DNA from: Phyllosticta citribraziliensis
Taxonomy: Eukaryota
Direction: 5' to 3'
Length of the DNA: 64,000 nt
Assembly (NCBI RefSeq): GCF_038025025.1
Contig: NW_027117338.1
Coordinates: 1,612,001 to 1,676,000, forward strand
The translations under genes were made by a program, and so were the position numbers. A model generated the notes under the pieces. That model worked only from the letters and a program-made list of their open reading frames with translations, ran no database searches and was not told the origin of the DNA. This document shows positions 46,892-58,678 of the stretch, piece after piece. The first letter of the stretch is position 1; each line of letters opens with the position of its first letter.

Positions 46892-48607
46892 ATGAGGCCT
46901 CTTAGCCCCAAAATGGTTCTGCTCCTCGGAGCACTCTTGCTTCTTGCCATGGCGCCTTTGTGCGTCGTGGCAGATGCCATAAATGGCACAATCGAACACT
47001 ACAAGGACCAGGACCCGTATGGTGTCCTGATACAGCTGCCGCCGCCCGTCGACCAGGTCGTCAAAAACCTGGAGACAATTCCTATCGTCAGCGTACATAG
47101 AAAAAAGCCACATGGGATCGCCGAGAACCTCGCTCCCCATGAGTCTCTGGTCTCCCATCGTTCTCCGGTCTTGGCCAAAGGTCCCCACCCGTCTTTTACA
47201 CCCCACACGCTCATCAGGGCGAAGCGGGCCGTCGAGACGCCTGACCAGTCTGTGCCGCAGACTGCTCTCCCGGACATCGCCCCATCGTCTTCGACTCTTC
47301 CTCTGGATGCGCCTGTCTTGTCTCGGCATGTTAGGGAAGAACTCCTTTGGCCCCGGCAGTTGGTGTGGGATCCCACGTTGATCCAGAAGCCCTCGTCGAG
47401 TGCAGTGCCCCTCTCTGGAGACCGACTCGTCAGGGCCACACTTGCTGCCTCGATTCCTTCCGAGGGTACTGCCCGTGTCGAGAAGAGAGATGTCAACCTG
47501 TCGGGGTCTCAATACGGCGGTACTCTACGTCCTCAGGCTTTTTCTTCGAGTAAAGGGGGTCCCCCCAGCTCTTCCACTCGGAGAGCAGGTGGTGCCACGG
47601 AGCACTTGAAGCCATACATGAACCGCGTGTTCCCACAGCTGCCCCATTCACACTCGACGCGGACCTGGAGCACGAGAACCGCCTCGGTAGCGGCAACGAG
47701 CAAGCTTCCCCACCGCCATGGCTTCCACGACCATCAACAACTCCCTTTTCGCCCTTCGCCCTCGTCGTCGTCGTCGCCTTCGCCATCTCGCCCCTCTTCG
47801 CGCCGACCGGTCCTCAACACCACGCGCCCCGCGGCCGCTGACGCCGCCAAAAAGGAGAAGGGAACCGCCGGGCAGTGGGTAGCCATCGGCATCTGCGCCT
47901 TCCTCGTCCTCGCCATCTTTCTCTACCTCCTCATCCGTGGTGTCTCGTGCGAAATTAAAGACGGCCAGCGGCGCCGCTCCGCCGCCAACGGCAGCGGCAA
48001 CAACAACGGCGGAGACGGCCACGCGCTGCAAAGCATCCGCACTTCTCGTCCTGCTTCGGACACGGCCAACACGAACGCCGCCGTGCCAGATGATGCTAAG
48101 CTGCCCTCGACATTCATTAATCCCCTACGCCAGAATCCTCCCACGCCACCTAGGGCGAGCTGGCAGTGGGGTGGCATGCGCAGCGTCGGTCAGGTAGAAG
48201 AGGACCGTGTGGACAACCCGTACACCTATCCCTCCGCCCCTCGGGTGGAAGAGGACCGCAACCCATACACCTACCACCTGGCCTCTGACCACGCGCCTGC
48301 CGCATATCCCTCCCTGTCGCGCGCCAAATCGGCGACAGACGCTACCAGCAAGGTCCCCACCACGTCGTCTGGTCGTCTCCCCCTCCCCACGCTCTCGAAC
48401 CTGGCGCCCGTGGCTGGCGGTAGTGTGACTCGTTCCAGCTCCAGCGCCAGCTCGTCGACTCTGTTTGACAGTTCCAAAGATGCGCATGTGAGGGACATGT
48501 TGGCTTCGCGGAACAAGAAGAACAGGGAGAGTTGGGAGATCTGGAACAAGAGGTGTTGCCAGAATGAGAAGGAAAGGGATGGCGTGGAGGAGCAGAAGGG
48601 CGTCTAG
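46892..48607 (+). CDS. Hypothetical single-pass membrane protein (signal peptide, Ser/Pro-rich ectodomain)
   Basis: Long intronless ORF with a hydrophobic N-terminus and one TM segment (WVAIGICAFLVLAIFLYLLI). No recognisable domain. Confidence 0.65.
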   Translation: MRPLSPKMVLLLGALLLLAMAPLCVVADAINGTIEHYKDQDPYGVLIQLPPPVDQVVKNLETIPIVSVHRKKPHGIAENLAPHESLVSHRSPVLAKGPHPSFTPHTLIRAKRAVETPDQSVPQTALPDIAPSSSTLPLDAPVLSRHVREELLWPRQLVWDPTLIQKPSSSAVPLSGDRLVRATLAASIPSEGTARVEKRDVNLSGSQYGGTLRPQAFSSSKGGPPSSSTRRAGGATEHLKPYMNRVFPQLPHSHSTRTWSTRTASVAATSKLPHRHGFHDHQQLPFRPSPSSSSSPSPSRPSSRRPVLNTTRPAAADAAKKEKGTAGQWVAIGICAFLVLAIFLYLLIRGVSCEIKDGQRRRSAANGSGNNNGGDGHALQSIRTSRPASDTANTNAAVPDDAKLPSTFINPLRQNPPTPPRASWQWGGMRSVGQVEEDRVDNPYTYPSAPRVEEDRNPYTYHLASDHAPAAYPSLSRAKSATDATSKVPTTSSGRLPLPTLSNLAPVAGGSVTRSSSSASSSTLFDSSKDAHVRDMLASRNKKNRESWEIWNKRCCQNEKERDGVEEQKGV

Positions 48608-49170
48608 AAGAATAACGACGTCGAGAAGAAGAAGGGTGCGAGCAAGTTCATGCCCAAGTGGCCTGGCTTCCGCCACGAGCAGAGGAGCTGCACCGTTTAA
48701 TGGTCAGTGTTAGATTGTAGATTAACATCCCCCAAATTGACGTTGATTCCATTTTGGTGTTGTCCTTGCTGCGAGCTGTAAGCAACGGAGACATTTCCAC
48801 GACGCCCTTTGGCCCGGAGACATTGACGGAAATAAGCCGAATGCGCCGAACCCTTTCTGGACGACAAAGCCCCATCCACAATTCTTGTCAGCCTGTCAAA
48901 TGTTTGCGAGTGACCAGATTTCTTTGATGCTATTCGGAGCGATTTTTTGGGGGCTGTCGGCTTGGATTGCATTTCAGCGAGTCAGTACTTAAGAGCGCCT
49001 TTGCTGCAAGAGTGGCCTTCATCATTTCGGATTCAAGGCAAAGTTGCTTTCGAAGCTCTCACCATCTCTCAAGAAATCCTACCTCATCCAGTCGGTGCAG
49101 TTGCTCGAGACTGCTTTTATTCGTCATCGCCCACCTGATTCTAAGCCCAACCCCTCCCAAACGAGCAATC

Positions 49171-50133
49171 ATGGACTGGCACAACCCACAAGCCGCAACG
49201 CGCTACAAGCCAGGAGAAGAGCTCACCCAGCCCTTCGCCAGCGTCCTCGTGCACAAGAGCGGACTTTCCAAACCCTCGGCCTCTTCAGACGTTGTCGTGC
49301 TGGACAACGCGTGCGGCACCGGCATCGTCAGTGTCCAGCTATACGCGCTGCTCCCGGACGACGCCAAAGCGAGGCTTCACCTGACGTGTGCGGATGTTTC
49401 GGCTAGCATGATTGACAGCATCGCCCAGCGCATTGAGGAGAATGGGTGGAAGGGGGCGCAGGCACAGGTTGCGGATGCCTTGGTGAGCGAGCTTGTTTCC
49501 TTCTCTTCCCTTCGCCTGGAGTGGTGGCGCGATAAGATACCTATGTCCAGTGACTGACCTGACTGAACCATGCAGGCCCTCCCCTTCCCACCTTCCTCAT
49601 TCACCCACGTCCTCACCAACTTCGGCATCATCGGCATGCCGGACCCGCGCCAGGCCCTGCGCGAGCAACACCGCGTGCTGCGGCCCGCCGGCACCGCCGC
49701 CTTCTCCGTCTGGCAGATGACCGGCTGGTACCCGATCGTCGAGCGCGCCGTCGCGTCAATCCCGGGCGCGCCGCCCTTCCCGCCATTTTCGCAGTTTTGC
49801 GCGACCTGGGCCTCGCAGGGCGGCCCGGAGGAGCGCTGGACCGAGGGCGGCTTTCTCGAGCGCGTGGCGCGGGAGGCGGGCTTTGTGGATGTCGTGGCGG
49901 AGTTGGTGCCGAATGTGACGAGGCATCGTGATGCCGATGCTTTTTGCGCGCTGTATGGGGATATGCTGAGGATGGTGACGAGGGGCTGTTGGAGTGAGGA
50001 GCAGCGGGAGAAGATGGGGGATCTGGTTGTGCCGGCGGTTGTGAGCGTTTTGAAGGAGGAGTTTGGTGATGGTGAAGTGTCGTTGCAGTGGGCGGCTTGG
50101 TGCGTGACTGCAAAGAAACCGGGGGCTTCGTAG
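49171..50133 (+). CDS. Class I SAM-dependent methyltransferase
   Basis: VLDNACGTG motif I, ADVSASM, LPFPPSSFTHVLTNFG and RVLRPAG. Intron 49483-49575. Confidence 0.9.
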
Positions 50134-50389
50134 TGGGATGCTGTGGTCTGTCTGAATGCGTCAAGAGTTTTACTTCAAGAGTCTTCGTCAGGAGTCTCTT
50201 GTCAAGTTAGTGATTGGACAGATGTATGAGAAGTGTGTGAATTTTTGGAAGCTCGAGCGTTGAAAGCAAGCGATGGTCTACAGTCAGCTTTTTGCTTGGA
50301 ATCGCTGCACAGATCCAGAGAATGGAACAGTCCAGTCACTTCTGCTTCGACCCTGTTGCGACGCGGTTCCTTTCGCCAGACGGCCACGA

Positions 50390-51183
50390 CTACGAGAAGA
50401 CGTGACCAGTCTTTTTCACCGCCCTCTTATACGCCTCACACTCTTCGCATCTCTTCAACCACTCCTCAGTTCGCGGCCAGCGATCCCTCTTCGTCCCCAA
50501 CTCTTTCTCAAAGATGAACCTCACACCAAACTGCATCATGACATCCGCGACAGTCACCTCCTTTCCCACCAAGAACCCTCCCGAGCTCTTCTCCAACTCG
50601 CCTTCCAGCCAGCCAAAGTCGTTTTCGACGTTCTTCGACATGCTGGCCTCCATTTGCGCGAGGCCTTCGGCCGGCGCCTCTTTGGGGTAGTACCAGCGCG
50701 CGTACACGATCGCGAGACTGTGCAGAGCGAACGTCGCTTCGGCTGCGTGCAGCCACTCCAAAGCTTTGATGCGCGCGGCCGGATCAGATGGGATCAGGCG
50801 ATGCAACTTGTCGTATTTCTCGCACAGATATCTGGTGTTTACTTTCAGCCCCCAATTTCCCTGTAGATGCTACCATCCCGCGCCGCGAAAGATAATCCCG
50901 TCGTGACTTTCGCGCGGGAGAGCGATTGGATGGAATGGCGCAAAGGAAAATGTGTGACACACTGCGTGATTGCTCCGCTCTCCATGACCACGTCGTCGCC
51001 GTCCTTGATGGTCGGGAATTTCCCCATTGCCGTGCCCACCGCGTCGCGGTCCTCCTGGGACGCCCGGCCGTCGGCCATTCTGTCCGAGAACTTGACGTCG
51101 TAGTCCAGTGACAGTTCTTCCAGCAGCCATGCCGTGCGAATGCTCCGGGAGCTTTGGAGAAAGCAGAGCGTGATGGGCGGCAT
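50390..51183 (-). CDS. Glutathione S-transferase (Gtt1-like)
   Basis: SRSIRTAWLLEEL, GKFPTIKDG..ESGAITQ|YL and VTVADVMM. Intron 50832-50962. Confidence 0.92.
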
Positions 51184-51817
51184 TGTCTTGATTGCGAAGT
51201 TATTGTTTGACAGACAAATTCGTGGGGTCGGAATTGGAGCTGGTCAGTCGATCTGGAATGTGGAGCCAGGTTTCTTGAGCGGGGTGAAATACCCGGGGAT
51301 GGTTGCACTTGATGCGTCATCAACGTTCTGGATTGCAGGGTTTCTTGTGGGGAGGTCAGAACTAGCTTACCAAACTTCTGGTCGAATGGTGAACGATTGC
51401 TGAATATGTTTGGCCTGATTGACCGGTCCCAAAGCACTACAAAAGCCGTGATTGCCAGGTGGTCAGTTCCTTAAACCTTCACACCCCTTGTTGTTGCGTT
51501 TGAGTTGCTGAGTTGATACTTCCATAAGACAAACCGGATTGAGTTGGTGGCTCATGAGCCGCAGTTTTGAAAGCAGTAAGATCACAGATACACAGTGATT
51601 TCTGCTGTCAAGTTCTTCGTGGTTCCCTTGAATGGAAAAGACGAGAATAAAAGAAGGGAAGAAGAATATGCATTTTGAAGCAACGCCATGGCCAAAATAG
51701 CCAGGGATTAGGTTATTGAGACCCAAATCAATCGCTCTCTTCAATTTTGATGTTAAATATATTGTATTGTAGCGAAGTGCCTCTCAACAACCAGCGAATA
51801 GGAGCCTCCTACAAGCT

Positions 51818-51917
51818 GCCCGGCTAGCTCAATCGGTAGAGCGTGAGACTCTTACAACACCGATTCAACGGTGATATAGGCATCTCAAGGCTGCGGGTTC
51901 GACCCCCGCGTTGGGCT
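51818..51917 (+). tRNA. tRNA-Lys(CTT) with 27-nt intron
   Basis: Acceptor stem GCCCGGC/GTTGGGC, D arm TAGCTCAATCGGTAGAGC, anticodon stem TGAGA/TCTCA with CTT at 51851-53, intron 51855-51881, T arm GGTTCGA, and a T-run terminator at ~51936. Confidence 0.95.
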
Positions 51918-52844
51918 CAATCCCCGACTACTGTCTTTTTGACCTTTTTGGCCCTGTTTCTATGCATGATGTTGAGTTTTGGTGTTTTTGAGCCAAAACA
52001 TTTTTTTTCGACGCGACACGCGTTTTGAGCACGTTTTTTTGCTCCCCACGGAAAGAGCGAGCATTGGAAAGCATACTGGATTAATTTCGAGCTGATTGAA
52101 CCATTGTTGGGCGCGCGCCGTCGAAGTGATACGCGAGGGCGGATTTTCCCGTGTGTCGGCGATGGCTCGGGACACGGAGCATTTCCGCTGGTTTCCGGAT
52201 TTGGCTAGCTCCCAAATCAAGCTGCAGGCCCTTCTGCACAAGACAAGAAGTTCATGGGACTCGTTGTTCTCTTTTACATGCAATGGTGCTTCACTCAGGT
52301 CGTGGACTAGGCAAATGCTCACAACAGAGGCAGTTTTTGTCGCAACAGCCTCATTGCTTGCGCAAACTCGACATTACGACTCAATTGACTTAGAACCAGA
52401 GGAGATGAGTCCGTCTTAACAGCACCGGACATTCACACGGCATTTGGAATCGAAGCGGAACCCAACTTCATTCATTACAAATTGACCTTTACATGTACTG
52501 CTCGGCTATCGGACATTGTCAAGACGAGGCTCGTTAATGCGAATCTAGAAGCCACTTTCGGGACTCGGGGATCCGAAGTCAGCAAGCCCGTCTTTCAACG
52601 GACAAGGCGGACTGCTTTTCATCGTAGTCGAATTGCGGAAAGGGCGGAATCAGGAAGACTACTGCAGTACTTGCAGAATACATCCCGTCGACGACTTCTA
52701 CCATATCGGTATATTCAGCAGCGTTGCATCCGCGAGAAGGCGACTCATCAAATAAGGAGTTCTTGGCAACAAATACAAGCGATCCAAGAGTTGGGGCACA
52801 GTGGATGTCGAAAAACTGAGATCTTCTGGCAGTAGGAGTGTGCA

Positions 52845-52948
52845 CTTAGGGAGCATTCATTCACTACCGCAGTCACGCTTAGGGAGCAGTCTTTCTTTAC
52901 TGCAGCCAGACCCAAGGAGTCTCATTTCTTTCAACGACACCCACTGTG
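52845..52948. repeat. Dispersed 33-bp-period array, copy with 3 units (homologous to 10545-10681)
   Basis: CTTAGGGAGCA at 52845 and 52878, CCCAAGGAGTCTCAT at 52911, then GACACCCACTGTG. Confidence 0.82.
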
Positions 52949-53662
52949 GGGGACTGAAATCAATGTGGTCGTAGTTCTTTTGAAAAAATGTCGAGGACGA
53001 GCGGAGAAAACCCGAAAGTGAGCTCTTTCGCTCGCCAGTGATACAGAGCTGTACAGTGCTGAAATATCACGCAAGATACTGGACTACTCTGCTGCTCCGT
53101 ATGCAACTTTCACCGACCATTCCCTTGAAGTCAGGTGCGCCCATTAGTGCTCCGTCGGGAAGATTGAAATATACTCTAGCAAAACTCTGAACAAATAGTG
53201 CGTCATCTTCGAGGAGATGAGTTTGGAGTCGGGAGAATCTTGGTAGAGGCGGATTTTTTTTCTGATGCTGGTCTAGACGCGGTTTCCAGACTTGCGCCAA
53301 AGAGTCGTTCGAGGCAGATGCGGAGTCACATTTTGAGCACTGCCGAGTCCATCAGATGGCTTCAAGATGATGATGAAGACCAAAATCAGGACGGCAAAGA
53401 GATTGACCTGGATTAAATGAGAGATGGTGTTCAGAAGCCGGCAGACGCGAAAGAAACAAGGCTGCGGGCCGCATTCCGCTCCGAGCTTCGGGCAGGCGTT
53501 CTCGCTGACGTCACAGCACCGTACCTGGACGCCGCGACATCGTTGCCCTGCAGCTGTCAAGAAACCTGCAAACAAACTTCCATCAGCTCTCAGATCATGC
53601 GAGGACATACCCGGTTGAGAGTCTCATAACCCATCCAACATTCAGTATCCACATCCTCCAAC

Positions 53663-55262
53663 ATGCGACCTCTTCAACACGCGATCAGAACCCTAGCGCA
53701 AGCCTCCCCTGCTGCGCACCACCTCCTATCTCCTTCGCGCGCGAGAATATCAAGTCTTCGGACCCTGAAACCGCCAAAATGCTCGATCAGATCGTACACG
53801 ACTACGCCTCTGCTTCGACTGCAGGAGAATGTCGCGTCCCATGCGATGCCCGCCATCGAGCTGAACAACAACGTCACCAAAGAGGAGGAAACCGACTTTG
53901 AGCGGAAGGTAGCGGAAGACAAGAGCAAACAAATTCGGAGACCATGGCATAGAGAGGGCTCAGGCGAGCCTCCGGTCGCGCGTCAAAGATCTGCTGGGGC
54001 CATGACCAAGGGTATCCTTTCCTCGTACCCCATCCTAGCACAATGACTGACAATCAAATCGAAAGGAAAGCTCCTTACCACGCCCAGTCGCATGCTCAAG
54101 TTGATCCTGCCTTTGACGACCAAAGACCACAACACGGACCGCAAAGATGTCGAACCTCTGGCCCTGCTGGTGCACCCACAGCAACCGCTATCCTACCTTG
54201 AGCGCTTAATACAATCGGAGCTTCCCACGATTGAAAAGGACGGGAAGGAAAAGATTCCAAACATCTACTTTCGAGCGGAAGACTCGACTCAAGACAAAAT
54301 GGAGCCTGCGAAGGAGACCCCGGTAGAGCTTCCCGAAGCTGAAGCCAAGAAAAAGGCCTCAGAGCCTGACGACATTGAGGACGGTGATGAGGTTTACATT
54401 GATGGGAAAATGCAACGGACAGGCAAAGTGAACCGCAAGACGAGAGAACAAGCAGACCGTCTGCGTGGAGGTGTTGGAGAAGGCGGAGTCGAATCGTACT
54501 CGGGGCTTGGCCATGAAGCGCGGTCGGACGCAACAAGAGAGAGACGCTTCGTCCGCTGGTCTTCGTCGACTGAGATTGGCGACTTTATTCGCGATGCCGC
54601 GCGTGGGCAAGAATTCGCTGTCGAGATTGAGGGCGCACCGTACGACATTCGCGTTGGAGTGCCCAGCTTCAACGACCGAACGTACTATCTGCGCATGCGG
54701 TTGAGATCGACCAGTCACAAGATTGCCAAAATGGCTGACATCAAGAAGGAGTGCGACCAGCTCGCACATAAGGGAGCGCAAAGGGTCGCGTCAGGTGGAC
54801 TTGCTGTCATAGTCGGCTGGTGGGCGACAGTGTACAAGTTGACATTCGACACTGATCTGGGCTGGGACGTCATGGAGCCAGTTACGGTGAGTTCATGTGT
54901 TTGTTTTGAAGACGTTTCGCTGACCAAAATAGTACCTCGTAGGCTTGACCACATTGATCGGAGGCTACATCTGGTTCTTGTACCACAACCGCGAGGTCTC
55001 GTACCGGTCTGCCATGAACTTGACGATTTCGCGCCGTCAGTCGAAGCATTATGCTGAAAAAGGATTTGACCTCCAAAAATGGGAATCCTTGATTGAGGAG
55101 GCCAATGCCTTAAGAAAGGAGATCAAGATGATTGCAAACGAGTACGACGTCGAGTGGGATGAGCTTGCCGACGAAAAGGACGAAAAAGTCGCCGAGGCCT
55201 TGAGAAAGGAGAGGAAGAAGCAAAAGCAAGACAAGGATGACGACAAGGAGTCAGACGACTGA
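53663..55262 (+). CDS. mcu: Mitochondrial calcium uniporter
   Basis: Mitochondrial presequence, [19 protein letters not shown] and the pore motif [10 protein letters not shown]. Introns 54012-54065 and 54887-54932. Confidence 0.93.
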
Positions 55263-55886
55263 ACGGAGCATTTGCCGCGTTCACAGGCATAAGCATGGCG
55301 TTTGGAGTTGGTCAGCGTGTTCATACCCCATCAAACAGCAGATGCGGATGGCGAGTCTTGGAGCGGCCATCGAGTCTTTGATTTAGACAGTCGGATGGAA
55401 GAAGGACTAGTCGGGTAGAGTACTAGATAGGGAAGAAGTGGTTGCTGTCCGCATCCGAAAATCGTGAACCGGGCGAAGCCGGAGCCGAGGCTGCTGGGTC
55501 GGCAAAGTGCTTGCCGCCGGCTTGCCGATGACGGGGCCCCAGAAGCGGCCAGTTCTAAAATTGCATTTCGGCATGAGGGGCATCCAGCGGGAGAGCGGAT
55601 GCTTGAAGTCTATGGCAAAGATGACTCGACATCGTCAACCGCCAGCTTCACCATGCCAGCCAGCAGGCCGCCGCCGCTCCTTTTCAATCCTCCCCTCCCC
55701 ATTTCCACCGCCGTCCGCCGCTTTCCCGCGCGCTGACAAACGGCGCCTGAGCTTCTCATAATCATATGCAAAGTGGGCCCTGCGATTGCGAACGAACCCG
55801 GCGAAATAATACACCAACACGGCACCACAGAGGACCACGACTACAACTGCCTGACGCCCTCCTACCGCCCTCCACTCTCCATCGCC

Positions 55887-56684
55887 ATGTCTACCGGAAA
55901 CCCCGCCCCAGCCGTCAACGGCACCTCGACCCCCTCGCATCCCGCCTTCGACCCCATTCCCCATGTCATACAAGCATTCGGTACTGCCGTCTCCTGATCT
56001 GGGGCCTCTCCATGAAGCACACTAATAACTGGATGCTCAGGCCGCGGCGAATTCGTCATCGTGCTGGACTCGCCCTCGCGCGAAAACGAAGGCGACCTCA
56101 TCATCGCAGCGTCGGCCCTCACGCCCGCAAAAGCCTCGTTCATGATCCGCTACACGTCGGGATACATTTGCGCGCCGCTGCTGCCGGCGCGCGCAAAAGC
56201 GCTCGCGCTGCCGCAGATGGTCGTCGACAACGCAGACCCGAACCGCACCGCCTACGCCGTCTCGGTCGACGCGGCGTCGCAGCACGGCATCAGCACCGGC
56301 ATCAGCGCCCGAGACCGCAGCGTGACGTGCCGGCTGCTTGCCGACGGCAACGCCACGGTCGAAGACTTTAGGAGGCCGGGACACGTGTTGCCGCTGCAGG
56401 CGAGGGAGGGCGGCGTGAGGGAGAGGCGCGGTCACACCGAGGCGGCGGTCGAGCTGTGTCGGTTAGCGCAGTTGCCGGAAGTCGGTGTCATCTGCGAGTT
56501 GATTACTGATGGCGAGGAAAAGGAGGGTGTTCCAGAATTGGTTGGAGGCGGCATGATGAGGCGGGACGAGTGCCTGGCATTCGGCAAGAAGTGGGGCATC
56601 AAGGTGTGCACCATTGAAGACTTGGTGCGTTATGTCGAGGACACGGAGGGCAAGTTGGAGGGCGTGGATGCCGTCGACTACTGA
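55887..56684 (+). CDS. rib3: 3,4-dihydroxy-2-butanone 4-phosphate synthase
   Basis: RENEGDLI, TGISARDR, DFRRPGHVLPL and ERRGHTEAAV. Intron 55981-56040. Confidence 0.96.
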
Positions 56685-58678
56685 AGAGGAGGATCAAAGC
56701 CATGAGGCGACTGATGTCAACTTCATTGTACAGCAACCATTGCTGCGCCAGCGATCTTTGGATTCCGACCATCTCATTCTTGTCCACTTTTGATTGGAGT
56801 TGGACATCTAACATTTGCCGCGGATGAAGGAAGATGTCGCAAAAGGTACGAGAGCCACGGGCTTTTCATTGAGTCAAAATTCTCTGTACGAGTCGAAAAG
56901 GGCAAAATATAGACATGGGGCCTGCAAAGGAGCAAGGAATCTCTTCACCAACCACTCGAGACCTTTTTGTGACATCATGACTCTCTTTTCATATACGGTA
57001 TAGTCTCAGCCCCCTCGACTGCTTTTGGCACGCAGGCACGCTTGGTTGATTATCCTGCACGTTGCGTTCGCGTGCATGACATGTGTGTGGGCATCTGCGA
57101 AAAGAAGATTCCGACATGTCTTCTCTGTCTCAGCTGCAAAAAGCACCGCACCGCTGTACAGCATGTGCATTCCATCTCAGCCCCAGAAACCCATCCAGTC
57201 AGTTCTTTCAAAGCGCAAGCTCGCCATTGAAGAAGTCCTCCTCGCAATACTGATGCCCAAGAGCCTCCCTCAAATCTTCGAACACGCTTCCGCGATCGGT
57301 GGCGCAACCCCAATCCCCCCGCCACGCCAGCTCGCCTGGCAAGCGCGACTCAGTGTTCGTTCACTAGAGCACTAGCACCCTCGCAAGCGCGGCGAAGGAA
57401 GCAAGCCAGCGAGCCATGGCGCCGGCGCGCGCCTCTATCCGCCCACGCCTGTCCGGCCGCTCGGTGCTTGGCCGCCAGTATGCCACTCCCGCCGCCGCCA
57501 TCCAAAAGCCTTTCTCGACGGTTCGCCAAGTAGTGGGCGTGTCGGCTTCCGCCACAGGTACGTGACGGCCGGTGGAGCGAACGAGGCGCGACTGACAGTG
57601 GCAGCGCCGCCTCGTGCTGGCTTGTGGGCGGAGGCGCAGCGCGCTGTTGCTGGACGAGTCTGCGTGCGTGGAGTACGAGAGCGAGGCACGGATGAAGTGG
57701 AGGGTATGGTGCTGGGACAGCCTCTTTGTTCGGCCGAGTCGACGGTGTGGTTGGTTGTCTTGATCAAGGAGAGCAGAAGCGTGGGCAAAGAGCGTGGGAA
57801 TTATGTTGACAAGACAATCATTGCTTGGACGAAGTGCATGTGTGGCAGGTACCTGTAACTGCGTTCTCTCTTGCTGTGGTCTTAGAAGCAGCTGTCTTTT
57901 TCAAGTCTTGATGCTATATTCCAACAGCAAACTCTCTCTCCCCTCAGCCCTATGGCATTTGTACCACTGTCTGCTCTTTTGTCCCCGGTGCTCATGCCGT
58001 GCACCCACATCACTTCTACGCTGCGCCGTCAATCACTGCTGTCTCACCTGCGGCGCCTACATGCGTCAAGTCTCCGTCCCGTCTTTCTCACTCGTTCCGC
58101 TCCCATGCGCTCTTGTCCTATTCCGCCAAGCATAATTCCCGTCATGGCGGACAAAATGCTCCGACGTGCGTCTTGGCTGGCGGACAGCTCGCATAATGGG
58201 AAATGAGCTTGGAGTGGGGTGAATAGGGGAAGGGAACGTTGCGGAAGTGGATCGGGTGGAGCTTCGGTACTGTCTGCATCCATGTAGTTTCTAGACTTTG
58301 AGTGGATACAGTGTTTCCTATGACGCCCGCTGTGCGCATTATAATTGAATCCCATCATATGGTACATGTAGTTCCGCTGCTGCTGATGCCAAGGATGATG
58401 GAGCCGAATAAAGGTAAAGAATCTATAGAAGCCGCGCCCCTCTAATCTTTCTTTCTTGAAGTTGATCCAACCGCCCAATTATAATACAAATCTACAAGGA
58501 ACAGAGTCGTAAATATCGTCATACATGTATCTCCTTGCCACTCTTTCAACAATGCATGCAAAACACGCTCGCTGGGGGTGTGCAGAGCCAAGTCGAGGCG
58601 GCCCCTGGGTATTTTGAGCCGATGAATGTGAAAAGCAGTCTTGTGTACAGTCCCGAGGACGTTTCTCTCGTCGTGAAT

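Noticed and set aside
51138..51146. GAATGCTCC match inside the GST gene
   Set aside because: It encodes the conserved SRSIR motif on the other strand and lacks the flanking consensus, so it is likely coincidental.
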